A stretch of 64,000 nucleotides of DNA, from contig JAFBAL010000029.1 in NCBI GenBank assembly GCA_019247845.1, forward strand, positions 1,215 through 65,214, written 5' to 3'. Origin of the DNA: Alphaproteobacteria bacterium (GTDB lineage Bacteria > Pseudomonadota > Alphaproteobacteria > Micropepsales > Micropepsaceae). Each line of letters begins with the position of its first letter. The first letter of the stretch is position 1. Under the pieces are notes generated by a model. That model saw only the letters and a program-made list of their open reading frames with translations, did not search any database and was not told the DNA's origin. Shown piece after piece: positions 19,303 through 27,847 of the stretch. The position numbers and the translations under genes were made by a program.

Positions 19303-19941
19303 ATGGATGACGAACGCGATCTCGAGGTCCGGCTTCAGAACCTGCTCGCCAAGCGCGGGCAAGAGCTGGTCAAAGGGCTGGTCGAGGAAGTCAGCAGCCT
19401 GCATCGCGAGATCGCGGGGCTGAAGCGCGAGCTCGGCGCGCTCGCCGACTACCAGGCCACGCGCGCCCGCTGGCTGGAGATCGACGGCGCCACCACGCGC
19501 ACGCTGCGCCTGCCCACGACGGTCACGATAGAGGCGGACCACCTGCTGCGCCCGCGCGACGGCTTCTATGCCATGGAATACACCGACGTCGGCCGGCCGT
19601 TCCGCTGGACGGGGCCGCTGCCGCAGTTCTCCTTCGACGTCTTCATCGACCGCCGGCCGGGTGTCGATCTCAAGCTCGAGGCGTTGAGCTGCATCGATTT
19701 CGAGCAGCAGAAGGACGTCATGCTGGTGGTCGACGGCGCGCCGGTGTCCGTCGAGCTCGAGCCCAACGGCTCGGGCTTCGACTGGATGGCGTTCCTGCCG
19801 CCGCGCGACGACGCGCGCTCGAGCAACATCGTCTTCGTCCTTCCCGCCGTGCTTACGCCGTCCGACGGCAACGATCCCCGCCCCATGGGCATCGCCTTCG
19901 CCCGCCTCACGCTTGTCGCGCGAGAATCCGCACCCGGATGA
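19303..19941 (+). CDS. Hypothetical protein: N-terminal coiled coil plus beta-rich domain (GFYxxE...RWTG)
   Basis: EEVSSLHREIAGLKRELGAL heptads; DGFYAMEYTDVGRPFRWTGP; DPRPMGIAF. Confidence 0.7.
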   Translation: MDDERDLEVRLQNLLAKRGQELVKGLVEEVSSLHREIAGLKRELGALADYQATRARWLEIDGATTRTLRLPTTVTIEADHLLRPRDGFYAMEYTDVGRPFRWTGPLPQFSFDVFIDRRPGVDLKLEALSCIDFEQQKDVMLVVDGAPVSVELEPNGSGFDWMAFLPPRDDARSSNIVFVLPAVLTPSDGNDPRPMGIAFARLTLVARESAPG

Positions 19942-20885
19942 GCATGCCCCGCATCACCGCCGCGATCTGCACCTATAACCGCTACGATCTGCTGCCCAAG
20001 GCGATCGCGAGCCTGGAGCGTCAGAGCCTTCCCAGGTCCGACTACGAGATCCTGGTGATCGACAACTCGCCCGATCACGCGCAGTCGAGCGAGTTCTCGA
20101 TCGGCTTCAAGGACGCGCCGGGCCTGAGCTGGGTGATCGAGCGCATGCCGGGCCTCTCCAACGCGCGCAACGTCGCCGCGCGCATGGCCAAGAGCCCGCT
20201 CGTCGCCTACATGGACGACGACGCCGTCGCCGCGCCCGACTGGCTCGAAAAGCTCGTGGCCGTGTTCGATCGTTTCGGGCCCGAGGCCGAGGTCGTGGGC
20301 GGCCGGGTCGATCCGATCTGGGAAGTGCCGCAGCCGCGCTGGCTGCCCGACAGCCTGCTCGGCAACGTCTCGGTGGTGAACTGGGGCGGCAGCGACCGCT
20401 TCGCGGCGCCGGGCGAATGGGTCGCCGGCACCAACATCGCCTTCCGCATCGCCTCTCTCGACAAGGCCGGCGGCTTCTCGGTCCATCTGGGCCGCACGCG
20501 CGGCGGCCAGGCGCTGCTCTCCAACGACGAGACCGACGTGATCGAGCGCATGACCGTGCAAGGCGCGCGGCTGATCTATGCGCCGGGCGCCGTGGTCGAG
20601 CACCTGGTGCCGTCCGAGCGCCTCACCCAGGGCTGGTTCCGCCGCCGCGTCGCCTGGCAGGCCGTGTCGGACTACCTGCTCGACCCCGAGCGGCTGTTCG
20701 AAAAGGCGCCGAGCTATTGGCGCGGCGTCACCGAGTTCTATGCGCGCCTTCCGCCCAAGGACCGCAACCCTCGCGGCCTCTACGTCGAGCAGCACGACGG
20801 CGAAATGTTCCGCATGCAGATGAGCGCGCTCTACAACTTCACGGTCGTGATGCTGACCGGCTTCCGCGGCCTGGACGGCGGATGA
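19938..20885 (+). CDS. Glycosyltransferase family 2
   Basis: AICTYNR, VIDN, GLSNARN, YMDDD, AGTNIAFR, SNDET. Confidence 0.92.
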   Translation: MSMPRITAAICTYNRYDLLPKAIASLERQSLPRSDYEILVIDNSPDHAQSSEFSIGFKDAPGLSWVIERMPGLSNARNVAARMAKSPLVAYMDDDAVAAPDWLEKLVAVFDRFGPEAEVVGGRVDPIWEVPQPRWLPDSLLGNVSVVNWGGSDRFAAPGEWVAGTNIAFRIASLDKAGGFSVHLGRTRGGQALLSNDETDVIERMTVQGARLIYAPGAVVEHLVPSERLTQGWFRRRVAWQAVSDYLLDPERLFEKAPSYWRGVTEFYARLPPKDRNPRGLYVEQHDGEMFRMQMSALYNFTVVMLTGFRGLDGG

Positions 20886-23152
20886 GCGCGATGACCGGCG
20901 CGGCGCGTGCGAAGGTCTGGCCGGGTGCGCGCGTCGCGGTGCTGTCGCCGACCCCCACCCATCCGCAGGATTTCGGCAACCGCAAGCGCGTCCACGCCAT
21001 CTGCAAGCGCTATACCGACGAGGGCGCGCTCGTCACCTTCGTCCACTATCCGGCCGAGCTCGAATGGCGCGGCCAGCTGCCCTGGCGCGCCGAGCGCGAG
21101 ATGAGCCAGGCCTGGGCGCAGCACTTCACCGTCGGCCCGACGCGGACGCTGCATACCGATCCGAGGGGCTACAACCACTCGATCGACGAATGGTGGGACC
21201 ATTCGATCGGCGACTTCCTGCACTGGCTGTTCTCGGTGCAGACCTTCGATATCTTCATCGTCAACTATTCCTGGCTCAGCAAGGCGCTGGAATACGCGCC
21301 GAAATCGACCTTCAAGATCCTCGACACCCACGACAAGTTCTCGGGCCGCCGCGGCATGCTGGAGCAGCTCGGGCTGAACCCCGAATTCTTCTATACCAGC
21401 GAGTCGGAAGAGCGCGTGGCGCTGGGCCGCGCCGATCTGGTCTGGGCGATCAAGCAGGAAGAGGCCCAGCAGCTCGCGCAGATGACCGAGACGCCGGTGC
21501 TCGCCATGCCGCATCTCGACCCGCTGCGTCCGCTGGCGCGGCCGGCGCCCGATCCGGACGGCTATTTCCGCGTCGGCGTCATCGGCGCGCGCAACAACGT
21601 CAACCGCATGAACATCAACGCGTTCCTGCAGGTTGCCGAGCCGGTGTTCCGCAACGGCTTTGCGCCCATCAAGGTCGTGATCGCCGGCACGGTCTGCAGC
21701 CTGATCGAGAACGTCGGCAGCCCTTTCGTCGAGCTGCGCGGCCGCGTCGACGACGTCGAGGATTTCTACGCCTCGGTGGATTGCGTCGCGGTGCCGATGC
21801 GCGTCTCGACCGGCCTCAAGATCAAGACCGGCGAGGCGATCTCGCTGGGCGTGCCGGTGGTATCGCTCGCCCACGCCTTCGAAGGCTACGAGCCGGCGCA
21901 CGAGCTCCACACCCTGCGCGACTTCCCCGACATGGCGCGCGCGCTCACCGAGCTTTCCTTCGCGCCGCGCGAGACGCTCGACGCGCTGGCCTCGGCGTCG
22001 CGTGCGGCGCACCGCAAGACCTCGACCGCGATCCAGGAAGCCTTCCGCCGCAGCGACGTCTTCGCCCGCGACAAGCGCCAGCTGATCGTCATCGCCGTCG
22101 ATTCGCGCGCCTTTCTGGAAGGCAGCATCTTCAACCTGGCGCTGGCTTCGATGCGCGAATACCTGAGCAGCTTGTGCATGCTCATGGTGGTCGTGGTGCG
22201 CGGCAAGGCGTCCGAGGTCGCCGCAAATCCGGCCGCCGTCGACCGTTTCGGCCGCGTGGTCGTGGCGTCGGATCTCGACGACGCCGAGGCGCTGCGTCCG
22301 CTGCTCGCGGAGCACGGGGTCGAAGTCGTCGCGGTCGACGAGTTCCTGAAGCGCGCCCAGCCGGCGCTGGTGGTCGCCGACGCGCTGCATCCCGCGCTCA
22401 GGACCGAGAGCACGCCCGACGCCGTCCTGATCTCGCGCGTCGAGATGATGGCGTTTTCGGAAGGCCGGCCGTATTTCGAAGTGCCGGCAGGAGGCTATGC
22501 GCGCGCCTATGCGGCGACGCCGGCCCTTTCGGCGGAAACGGCCAGCCGCATCGCCGCCTCCGGCGCGGAGCATCTTCCCGCTCCGTGCTTCTGGCGCTCG
22601 CACCACATCCGCTTCCCGCGCATGCGCGACATGAGTGGAACGCGCTCGGTGGCGCTGCTGGGTCGGCCCGGCGCGCCGGCGGTGCAGATGGCCGCCGCCA
22701 TGGCACGCGCCTGGAAGCTCAATCCCTTCGCGGTCTGCGGGCTCGGCGAGGAGCCTCCCCCGGACCAGGCGCTGCCGTGGTTCAGCGCGGACGACTACAT
22801 CGCGCAGCTCCTCGCCGCGCGCACGCCGCTTCCGAGCTTCGCCGTCGACCTGTCGACGGGGCAGCCGGGCCTTCCGCTCTGCCGCGAGTTGCTGGAGCGG
22901 CTGCGGGTGCCCACGATCGCCACCGCGCCGATCGCGCTGCATCGCTCCTTCGCGGCGGAGCCCAACCTGCTGCGCGCCGCGACGGAGGGCGAGCTATGGA
23001 CCTCGCTGCGCTTCCTGGCGCAGGAATCCGACGAGGTCATCGACCACGCGCTCGGCATCGTATGGTCGGACCAGAACAGCGACCGCGGCTGGGCATGGAT
23101 CTGGCGCTACTGCACCAATCTGTTCGAGACCAGGGACGCGCAGTTCACCTGA
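20882..23152 (+). CDS. GT4-like glycosyltransferase with long C-terminal extension (756 aa)
   Basis: ATGA overlap with GT2; PTHPQDFGNRKRV, ILDTHDKFSGR, STGLKIKTGEAISLGVPVV. Confidence 0.82.
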   Translation: MSAMTGAARAKVWPGARVAVLSPTPTHPQDFGNRKRVHAICKRYTDEGALVTFVHYPAELEWRGQLPWRAEREMSQAWAQHFTVGPTRTLHTDPRGYNHSIDEWWDHSIGDFLHWLFSVQTFDIFIVNYSWLSKALEYAPKSTFKILDTHDKFSGRRGMLEQLGLNPEFFYTSESEERVALGRADLVWAIKQEEAQQLAQMTETPVLAMPHLDPLRPLARPAPDPDGYFRVGVIGARNNVNRMNINAFLQVAEPVFRNGFAPIKVVIAGTVCSLIENVGSPFVELRGRVDDVEDFYASVDCVAVPMRVSTGLKIKTGEAISLGVPVVSLAHAFEGYEPAHELHTLRDFPDMARALTELSFAPRETLDALASASRAAHRKTSTAIQEAFRRSDVFARDKRQLIVIAVDSRAFLEGSIFNLALASMREYLSSLCMLMVVVVRGKASEVAANPAAVDRFGRVVVASDLDDAEALRPLLAEHGVEVVAVDEFLKRAQPALVVADALHPALRTESTPDAVLISRVEMMAFSEGRPYFEVPAGGYARAYAATPALSAETASRIAASGAEHLPAPCFWRSHHIRFPRMRDMSGTRSVALLGRPGAPAVQMAAAMARAWKLNPFAVCGLGEEPPPDQALPWFSADDYIAQLLAARTPLPSFAVDLSTGQPGLPLCRELLERLRVPTIATAPIALHRSFAAEPNLLRAATEGELWTSLRFLAQESDEVIDHALGIVWSDQNSDRGWAWIWRYCTNLFETRDAQFT

Positions 23153-23185
23153 TCGCGGTCATTCGACCGGGGGAGCCGGCTTCGG

Positions 23186-23998
23186 TCACCGGACTTCCTG
23201 CGCCCATTTCAGCAGCTTGGCCTGCCGGCGGTCGGCGTTGAGCGCGGCCTCGAACTCCGCCCAGTTGGCGATCCTGTCCTGGTAGCGCACCTCGCGGTCC
23301 TGCACCGTGGCGCTCCAGATCCGGCGGCCGGGCTCGAGCTTGGGCGCGCCGATCGCCTCCAGCGCTGCGAGCGTCGACGTCAGCGCCGCTTCGGGCGCGA
23401 CGGATTTCAGCTGCGTCTCATAGTTGATGCGAATCGCCGGCAGGCCGCGCTCGTCGATCTGTTCGTCGATCCACTCGTACCAGTGCCGGACATAGCGCGC
23501 CCACTTGACGAACTGCTCGGCATCGGGCGCGGGCTTGACGGCGGTGGTGTCGACGTTGACGTGAAGCTTGACGGTGCGCGCCTTTATGCCGGAGATGAAG
23601 CTCTCGATGGGGCGCCGCCGCAGAACGATATAGCCCACGTCTTCGCGCGAGAAGATCTCGCTCTCGACCAGCTCGCGCTGCAGATGCGCGCCGAACAGCT
23701 TGAACACCAGCAGCTTGCCGCCGCCGGCCTCGCTGATCAGCTCCAGGGTGCGGCCGGGATGGGCGGCGCGCCATCGGCACAAGCCGGCGTCGTCGACGAT
23801 CTCGCCGCCGGACGCCGCGCGCAGCGCCGCGTGATCGGCCTCGGTGAAGAGATGCACGCCCCTGGGGTGGAACAGCTCGGACTTCATGTGGATGTCCGGA
23901 CAGCTGTGCAGGAGATGGCACAGATGGCTGGAGCCGGTCCTGGGCACGGCCAGGATGCAGACGAATTTCAACTTATGGGTGAGCGGCGCGCGCGACAT
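23186..23998 (-). CDS. Stf0-like sulfotransferase
   Basis: ILAVPRTGSSHL, SELFHP, VFKLF, VLRRRPIESFIS, INYE. Confidence 0.8.
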   Translation of the reverse strand: MSRAPLTHKLKFVCILAVPRTGSSHLCHLLHSCPDIHMKSELFHPRGVHLFTEADHAALRAASGGEIVDDAGLCRWRAAHPGRTLELISEAGGGKLLVFKLFGAHLQRELVESEIFSREDVGYIVLRRRPIESFISGIKARTVKLHVNVDTTAVKPAPDAEQFVKWARYVRHWYEWIDEQIDERGLPAIRINYETQLKSVAPEAALTSTLAALEAIGAPKLEPGRRIWSATVQDREVRYQDRIANWAEFEAALNADRRQAKLLKWAQEVR

Positions 23999-24104
23999 TC
24001 CGGGACACTAATCAAGGCCCCAGGCGATAGCCAGGGCCCCCGAATTGGGCTAAGGCCAGCTTTACTGATTATATTGCAACTGAGTAAGAATCGCCGGGCG
24101 GGCC

Positions 24105-24902
24105 GTGGCCAAGACTTCCATCCTCCTCTCGCACGAACGTTCGGGAAGCCATCTGGTGGGCGAGTATATCGGCTCGCTCGAGAACTTCCGCATGGTCGAC
24201 GAGGTGTGCAATCCGGGCGCCGTGCGTCCGGGCAAGCACCCCGAATCGTTCCACCGCTTCCGCTACGACTACATCCTGAAGGACGAGTCTTATCTGCTCG
24301 ATCCCAGCCGCCAGCGCCATGTCGATTTCTGCGGCGGCTTCTTCGACCACCTGCGCCGGCTCAAGGCACCCAACGACATCGCGATCGACATCAAATACGG
24401 CCATGTGCAGAACTTCGAATGGTGGTGGTGCCCGGTGCTCGAGCGGCCGTTCCTGCTCACGCTGGCGCAGGAGATCGATATCGGCATCGTCCATCTCTAT
24501 CGCGAGAACGTGGTCGAGGCGACGGTGTCGAGCCTGATCGCCGACAAGCGCAAGGTGTGGCATTCCTGGGAGGCCGGCGCCGACAGGCCGCCCGAGCGCT
24601 ACAACCTTCCGGTCCCCGCAATCGTCTACCGCGCCAAGCTGCTCGAGCGGCAGACCGCGCTCTACAAGGACTGGTCGGCGCGCAACCGCAAGCTGTCCCT
24701 CACCTATGAGGAAGTATCCGCCGGCCTCGAGGACGGCGGCGAAGCCCAGTCCAGGCTGAACGCCTTCCTGGGCTCGAAGCCCAAGCGCGCGTTCAAGCCC
24801 AAGCACCGCAAGCTTACCCCGCCGCTGCGCGAGGTGGTCGAGAACTACGACGAGCTGAAGCGCGCTTGCGACGCCGAGGGGCTGTCCCGGTTTGTCCCCT
24901 AA
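24105..24902 (+). CDS. Stf0-like sulfotransferase
   Basis: LLSHERSGSHLV, DEVCNP, IDIKY, HLYRENVVEATVS, LTYEE; GTG start. Confidence 0.78.
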   Translation: MAKTSILLSHERSGSHLVGEYIGSLENFRMVDEVCNPGAVRPGKHPESFHRFRYDYILKDESYLLDPSRQRHVDFCGGFFDHLRRLKAPNDIAIDIKYGHVQNFEWWWCPVLERPFLLTLAQEIDIGIVHLYRENVVEATVSSLIADKRKVWHSWEAGADRPPERYNLPVPAIVYRAKLLERQTALYKDWSARNRKLSLTYEEVSAGLEDGGEAQSRLNAFLGSKPKRAFKPKHRKLTPPLREVVENYDELKRACDAEGLSRFVP

Positions 24903-24966
24903 CGGCGCACCGAAGTCCGACGCCGCCCCGGCCGTTCCTGCCGGGCTGTTGGCGGGCTCGGCGGGC

Positions 24967-25821
24967 ATGGCCGTCGAGTACCGCTATCCCGATTTCCTGT
25001 GCATCGGCGTGCAAAAGGCCGGCACCAGCTGGCTCGACGTCAATCTGCGCCGTCATCCGCAAATCTGGCTGCCGCCGATGAAGGAGCTGCAGTTCTTCAG
25101 CCATGTGCATCTGCCCGCCACGCGGCGCTGGACCGACCGCCAGCGCCGCCATCGCGGCCTGCAGTTCCTGCGCCGCTACATGGAGCGCAATGCGCCCGAG
25201 GCGTGGAACTATCGCTATGTCGGCCGGCTCGCCGACCTGATCGCGGGGCCGGTGACCGACGGCTGGTACGGCCGCATGTTCGCGCTCGCGAGCCCCGAGC
25301 GGATTTGCGGCGAAATGACGCCGGAATATTCCCTGCTGCCGGAGGCCGGCATCGAACACGTGCTCAGGCTGTCGCCGGACGTGCGCATCATCCTGTCGCT
25401 GCGCGACCCGATCGAGCGCAGCTGGTCGCATATCCGCATGCTGGCGCGGCAGCGCGGAATCGAGGCCGCCGCGGAGCTGGTGCCCTTCGCCCATGTCGAG
25501 GACCACCTCGAGCGCGCCGACTATGCCGCCATCGTCGCGCGATGGCGCCGGTTCATCCCGGAGGACCGCTTCCACGTCGTTTTCATGGACGACGTGGCGG
25601 AGCGGCCTTACGAGGTCCTGGAAAAGCTCTGCGGCTTCCTGGGCGTGAGCTATGAGCCCGGCGTCTTCAAACGGGCCGAGGAGTCCGTGCACGCGGGCGA
25701 GGCGCAAGAGATGCCGCCTGCCGTGCTTGCGGCGCTGAAGGAAAACCTCAAGCCCGCCTATGACGGGATCGCCGCGCTCTACCCTGAGATCGGCGCTCGC
25801 TGGACGGCCCGGTATTACTGA
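24967..25821 (+). CDS. Sulfotransferase (PDFLCIGxQKAGT type), paralog A
   Basis: YPDFLCIGVQKAGTSWL, KELQFF, GEMTPEY, LRDPIERSWS. Confidence 0.88.
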   Translation: MAVEYRYPDFLCIGVQKAGTSWLDVNLRRHPQIWLPPMKELQFFSHVHLPATRRWTDRQRRHRGLQFLRRYMERNAPEAWNYRYVGRLADLIAGPVTDGWYGRMFALASPERICGEMTPEYSLLPEAGIEHVLRLSPDVRIILSLRDPIERSWSHIRMLARQRGIEAAAELVPFAHVEDHLERADYAAIVARWRRFIPEDRFHVVFMDDVAERPYEVLEKLCGFLGVSYEPGVFKRAEESVHAGEAQEMPPAVLAALKENLKPAYDGIAALYPEIGARWTARYY

Positions 25822-25915
25822 CGTTGCGCCGCGCCGCGGCGCCGAATACGCCGATGTTGCGCCGTTGGTTTGCGGCATGGCACTTTGGCCGCGCAATCCG
25901 TGACGGATCTTCGCC

Positions 25916-26848
25916 TTGCCCTCCGACAAGCCGTGGAACACAGCCGAGGTGCCGCAGGAGATCTTCGACTCCTTCGGCATGATCGGGCCGGAGGAACGGC
26001 GCTGCTTCTGGTGGCTGGCGCGCCATTGCGCGAGCGGCGAGGGCGCCATCGTCGATGCCGGCGCCTTCGTCGGCGCCTCGACCCTGTGCTTCGCCTCGGG
26101 CGCGGCCGCCGCGGGCATCGAGAGCGTCAAAGGCGGCAAGCCGGTCCATGCTTACGACTATTTCGCGGCCATCGACGCCTATGTCGCCCAGGCCATCTCC
26201 AAGAAGTTCCGGCCCATCGCGCAGGGCGAATCCTATCTCGACATCTTCCAGCAGCAGACCGCCAGATATGCTTCCCTCATCGAGGCGCATCCGGGCGATT
26301 TCATGCAGGCGCGCTGGAGCGGCGCGGCCGTCGACATCCTGTTCATCGACGTCGCCAAGCGCGCCTGGCTGAACAGCCACGCCATCGCCGAGTTCTTCCC
26401 GAGCCTGGTGCCGGGACGCTCGATCGTGGTGCACCAGGATTATTTCCACTGCTGGCATCCCTACATCCACATCGGCATGGAGTTCTTCGGCGACGCCTTC
26501 GAGCTCGTCGACGAGCTGGTGCTGCACCAGAGCCGCGTGTGGCGGCTGGTCGCGCCGCTGCCGCCCGAGAAGATCGCGCGCATGAAGGCCTATGACCTCG
26601 ACCGCGAGGAGCGCCTGGCGCTGCTCGACCGGTTGATCGAGCGCTCTTCGGCCGCCTGCCGCCCGATGATGGAGGTAGTGCGGCTGTGGCAGATCTGCCT
26701 GGACAAGGACTATGACGGCGTGGCGGCCGAGCTCGAACGACTGCGCCGGGTCTACGGCATCGACGGGCGGCACGAGCTGTGGTGCCGCCAGGCGCTGATG
26801 GTCGAGAAATATCGCGCCGACCAGCTCGGCGCCGCCAAGGTCCGGTGA
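25916..26848 (+). CDS. Class I SAM-dependent methyltransferase
   Basis: IVDAGAFVGAST (motif I), AYDYF, ILFIDVAK, VVHQDY. Start uncertain (TTG 25916 or ATG 25979). Confidence 0.8.
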   Translation: MPSDKPWNTAEVPQEIFDSFGMIGPEERRCFWWLARHCASGEGAIVDAGAFVGASTLCFASGAAAAGIESVKGGKPVHAYDYFAAIDAYVAQAISKKFRPIAQGESYLDIFQQQTARYASLIEAHPGDFMQARWSGAAVDILFIDVAKRAWLNSHAIAEFFPSLVPGRSIVVHQDYFHCWHPYIHIGMEFFGDAFELVDELVLHQSRVWRLVAPLPPEKIARMKAYDLDREERLALLDRLIERSSAACRPMMEVVRLWQICLDKDYDGVAAELERLRRVYGIDGRHELWCRQALMVEKYRADQLGAAKVR

Positions 26849-27771
26849 TGGCCGAACAACGCCGAAATCCGCAGACGCCGGACCGGCACCAGAGCCCGGC
26901 CGTGACGGACGGCGAGCCGCGCGAATTGCGCTATCCCGACTTCCTCTGCATCGGCGCGCAGAAGGCGGGCACGACCTGGCTCGACCGCAACCTGCGCCGC
27001 CATCCCAGGCTCTGGTTCCCGCCGATCAAGGAGCTGCACTATTTCAACGAGCTCTATGTCCCGAGCAGCCGCAGCTGGACGGCGCGCTATCGCCGCGACA
27101 AGGGCGCGGCTGCGTTCCAGCGCTATCTGAAGCGCGTGCCGGACGAGGAGGCGCGCGACTACCGCCAGCTGGCGCGCATGGCCGACATCGTCACCGGCCC
27201 GATCTCGGACGACTGGTACGGCCGCATCTTCGCGCTGGCGGGGGAAGAGCGCATCGCGGGCGAGATCACGCCCGACTACAGCCTTTTGCCCGACGCCGGC
27301 ATCGAGCATGTCCTCAGGCTCGCGCCGAACGTGCGCATCATCCTGTCGCTGCGCGATCCGATCGAGCGCAGCTGGTCGCATATCCGCATGAGCGCCCTGG
27401 GCTACGGCGAGAAGGGGCCGGAGATGATTCCGCAGCTCGCCAGCAACCCCGATGTGCTGGCGCGCTCGAACTATCCCGCGATGATCGCGCGCTGGCGCAG
27501 GTACGTGCCCGAGGACCGGTTCCTCGTCGTGTTCATGGACGACATCACCGCCGAGCCGCATGCGGTGCTGCAGACGCTCTGCCGGTTCCTGAAGGTGCCG
27601 TTCAACGAGAAGCGGTTCCGCAAGGCCGCCGCCGCGGTCCATGTCGGCGAGGCCAAGCCGATCCCCGCCCCTGTGCTCGCCACCCTCAAGGACAGGCTCA
27701 AGCCGGTCTACGAGGAGCTGGGCGGGCTCTACCCCGAGATCGCGGAACGCTGGGCGGCCAGGCATTATTGA
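26848..27771 (+). CDS. Sulfotransferase (PDFLCIGxQKAGT type), paralog B
   Basis: TGATG overlap with the methyltransferase stop; YPDFLCIGAQKAGTTWL, GEITPDY, LRDPIERSWS. Confidence 0.88.
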   Translation: MAEQRRNPQTPDRHQSPAVTDGEPRELRYPDFLCIGAQKAGTTWLDRNLRRHPRLWFPPIKELHYFNELYVPSSRSWTARYRRDKGAAAFQRYLKRVPDEEARDYRQLARMADIVTGPISDDWYGRIFALAGEERIAGEITPDYSLLPDAGIEHVLRLAPNVRIILSLRDPIERSWSHIRMSALGYGEKGPEMIPQLASNPDVLARSNYPAMIARWRRYVPEDRFLVVFMDDITAEPHAVLQTLCRFLKVPFNEKRFRKAAAAVHVGEAKPIPAPVLATLKDRLKPVYEELGGLYPEIAERWAARHY

Positions 27772-27847
27772 GCGGCGACCGCTCCATCTTTAAGGTAGCG
27801 GCTTGATTTGACTCTGTCGCAGGTTGCGGCGGATCAAGGGCGATCGA

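Noticed and set aside
25878-25892. TGGCAC-N5-CCGC sigma54-like element before the methyltransferase
   Set aside because: The -14/-13 TT is replaced by CC, and GG-N10-GC is frequent in GC-rich DNA.
8653-27771. Mobile-element origin for the sulfotransferase island
   Set aside because: No integrase, transposase, tRNA or flanking direct repeats seen, and codon usage of most genes matches the backbone.
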